From Octopus vulgaris (Eukaryota): a stretch of 64,000 bases of DNA. How positions within the stretch are numbered: position 1 is the stretch's first letter; each line of letters opens with the position of its first letter. Below, one piece after another: positions 61,531-64,000 of the stretch. The stretch is from NCBI GenBank assembly GCA_951406725.2, contig OX597823.1:61814001-61878000 (forward strand), in the 5' to 3' direction. The position numbers and the translations under genes are program-made. The notes beneath the pieces were generated by a model. The model was not told where the DNA came from and searched no databases. It saw nothing but the letters and a program-made list of their open reading frames with translations.

Positions 61531-62060
61531 TATATTATATCAAAGTCAGTGGGGATGGCAAATCTTTAAAAAAGTCTTCAGATTACAGTGAAAGGAAACA
61601 TCAATGGGGGAGATCCAATGTTTATATTCATGGTGCAGTCTGCCAGTTTGCTAAGATGTGTCTGCACTCATGAACGCAGGAGCAAAAAAAAGCACTTTTA
61701 CAATTTAGGTAGGTGTCTAGGTAAAGGAAGTTCTTCAGGATGATTCTTTTCTCAGCTAAGCAGAGTTTGTAACTTCTCCAAGTCTCCAGTCACAAAGAAC
61801 TCATGTCATACTATTCTTTTCAGTCATCTCTAATGACTGCCAAGGTTGGTTCTCCACCTTCGATACAAAACCAATTGGTAATTTGGCAACTGTAAGACTA
61901 TAACATAGCATATTATTCATTATCTTTTATTGTCTTTTCATTCACTGAACTGCAGCTATGCTGAAGGTTACAGTCATACAAATTGACTCCAGTAGTTATT
62001 TTGTAAATATGGTATTAATTATATTCGTCCCTTTTATTGAATTGCTAAGTTACAAGGACG

Positions 62061-62320
62061 TGGAGGCACATGGATTAGTAGTTAGAGTATCATCATCATG
62101 ATTGTAAGATTGTGGTTTTGATTCCTGGACCAGGTGACGCATTGTGTTCTTGAGCAAAACACTTCATTTCACATTCCTCCAGTCCACTCAGCTGGCAAAA
62201 ATGAGTTACGCTGCAATGGACTGGCGTCCCATCAAGCTGGGGAACACATACGCTACAGAAACTGGGAAACCAGGTGCATGAGCCTGGCTAGGCTTTAAAA
62301 AAGGGTGCATTTATTTTTTT
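62061..62320 (+). mobile_element. SINE family C copy nested in an old minus-strand SINE A (61920-62595)
   Basis: Closely similar to 40987-41245. The flanks show a decayed duplication, TAAGTTACAAGGAC / TAAATTACAGGGAC. Confidence 0.8.
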
Positions 62321-62611
62321 TGTAAATTACAGGGACATAAGCAAACCAACACCATTTGTCAAGTGAGAGGGATCAAACACTAAGACACAAACACACATAC
62401 ATTAACACATACACACACAGACACACACAAATACAACAGGTTTTGACATAGTTTCCATATGCTAAATTATCTCCTAACATATTGGTCAGATTGGGGCTAT
62501 AGTAGAAGACACTTGCCTCAGGTTCCATACAGTGGGATTGAACCCAAAATTATATGATAGGAAAGATTCCTAAGTAAGATTCTTCCCCACCCAGTCATGC
62601 TATTAATGATG

Positions 62612-62683
<72 letters not shown>

Positions 62684-63538
62684 GAACAACCCGAGGGAAG
62701 TACGGCAACTATTGTTGCAAAGAAGGTGAAAATGATGGCAATGAAGAAAGCGCACGAGCAATTGGCTGATAGGTGGGAGGAGAAACCTCTGCACGGCAAA
62801 TATGTGACCCGCAGCAAACAAGCTGATGTTGACCAGAAGCAAACCCATCAGTGGCTACGGAGCTCAGGGCTAAAAGCAGAGAGCGAAGGTTTCATCCTGG
62901 CTGCTCAAGATCAAAGCCTATTAACCCGGAACTACTAGGCCAATGTGATGAAAAATGGAGCAGACCCAAAATGCCGATTCTGCAACGACATGATTGAAAC
63001 AGTGGACCACCTAATCTCTGGATGTAAAGTCTTAGCACCAGTGGAGTATAAATTAAGACATGACAGAGTTGGCCAATATCTCCACTGGCTAATAAGTCGG
63101 CATTACAATATCAAAACTGCCGACAAGTGGTATAATCACCACCCTGAGGCTGTAACTGAAGGAGAAAATGTAACCATTCTGTGGGACTTTCCAGTACATA
63201 CAGACCGAACCATCAAGGCCAATAAACCAGATATTGTTGTGAAAGACCAAAACAATAAAGTTTGCTTATTGATCGACATGAGCATCCCCTGTGATCATAA
63301 TATCTCAGCGAAAGAGTTTGACAAGCTCAGAAAATATAAAGACCTACTCATTGAAATTGAGAAAATGTGGCATCTCAAGGCGGTTACAATACCAGTGATC
63401 GTAGGAGCACTAGGAATGATCAAGAAGGGAACCGAAAATTATATGAGAATGATCCCTGGCTTACCATCCCTGCAAGAAGTGCAAAATATTGTCTTAACTG
63501 GTACATCACACATATTGAGGAGAGCATTTTCGATGTGA
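62684..63538 (+). pseudogene. R4/Dong-type C-terminus: CCHC zinc knuckle plus restriction-like endonuclease
   Basis: WEEKPLHGKY, EGFILAAQDQSLLTRNY, CRFC...ETVDHLISGC, YKLRHDRV, ILWDF, KPDIVV...LIDMSIP, KLRKYKDL, IPVIVGALG. A single in-frame TAG at 62936-62938 joins the two listed ORFs. Confidence 0.92.
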
Positions 63539-63720
63539 GAACTGTTGCTGCTCATGTATTTTAATTTAACTTTAAAAAAAAAAAATTAAAAAAAAAAAAT
63601 TAACGAACTACTGAGTTTGGTTTAATGGCCTACCAATGTATACTATGAGTTTCTTTGCCCTAGGAATCGGGAAGACACTCGGCAAGAAATGGAAGCAAAT
63701 TTGAAAGAAGAAAAAAAAAA
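62684..63720 (+). mobile_element. 5'-truncated R4/Dong-clade non-LTR retrotransposon inserted in (TAA)n
   Basis: C-terminal ORF plus a ~180-bp 3' UTR ending in an A-rich tail. (TAA)n on both sides (62612-62683 and 63722-63762). Confidence 0.9.
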
Positions 63721-63728
63721 GTAATAAC

Positions 63729-63764
<36 letters not shown>

Positions 63765-63966
63765 CTTTCTACTAAAGACACAATTTGGGGGGAGGAGCTA
63801 GTTGATTACATTAACCCCTGTGTTCTACTGGTACTTAATTTATTGACCCTGAAAGGATGAAAAGCAAAGTTCAACCTCAGCAGTGTTTGAGCTCAGAACG
63901 TAAAGTAAGAAGAAATGTTGTGAAGCTTTTTGTCTGCTGTGCAAGCAATTCTGTCAGCTCACCACA
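63765..63966 (-). mobile_element. SINE family B copy within (TAA)n
   Basis: CTGGTACTTAATTTATTGACCCTGAAAGGATGAAAAGCAAAG core. Confidence 0.8.
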
Positions 63967-64000
63967 TTAATAATAATAACAATAATAATAATGATAATAA

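Overview
AT-rich, microsatellite-dense eukaryotic DNA that is intronic or intergenic. The repeat content suggests a cephalopod, probably an octopus; this is an inference, not a database result. No host gene can be called with confidence. Only two tentative minus-strand exons were found (58934-59159 and 39712-39770), and nearly all ORFs in the supplied track are artefacts of simple repeats. The window is a layered collection of transposon remnants: a near-full-length IR/DR Tc1 element (4134-5764), several deleted Tc1/mariner copies, a Penelope-like RT + GIY-YIG element (33400-35160), a decayed RTE LINE (46540-51330), a young R4/Dong-type retroelement sitting in (TAA)n (62684-63720), non-autonomous Helitrons, piggyBac- and pogo-type MITEs, a solo LTR with its TSD, and dozens of copies of several tRNA-derived SINE or LINE-tail families. 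The most notable unannotated signal is a recurring architecture of short fold-back elements whose arms carry hammerhead-ribozyme core motifs on both strands. There are at least three families, at 8332-8514, 27059-27220, 31097-31240, 57270-57356 and 57577-57798. Repeat boundaries were read by eye and are approximate unless TIR or TSD coordinates are given.
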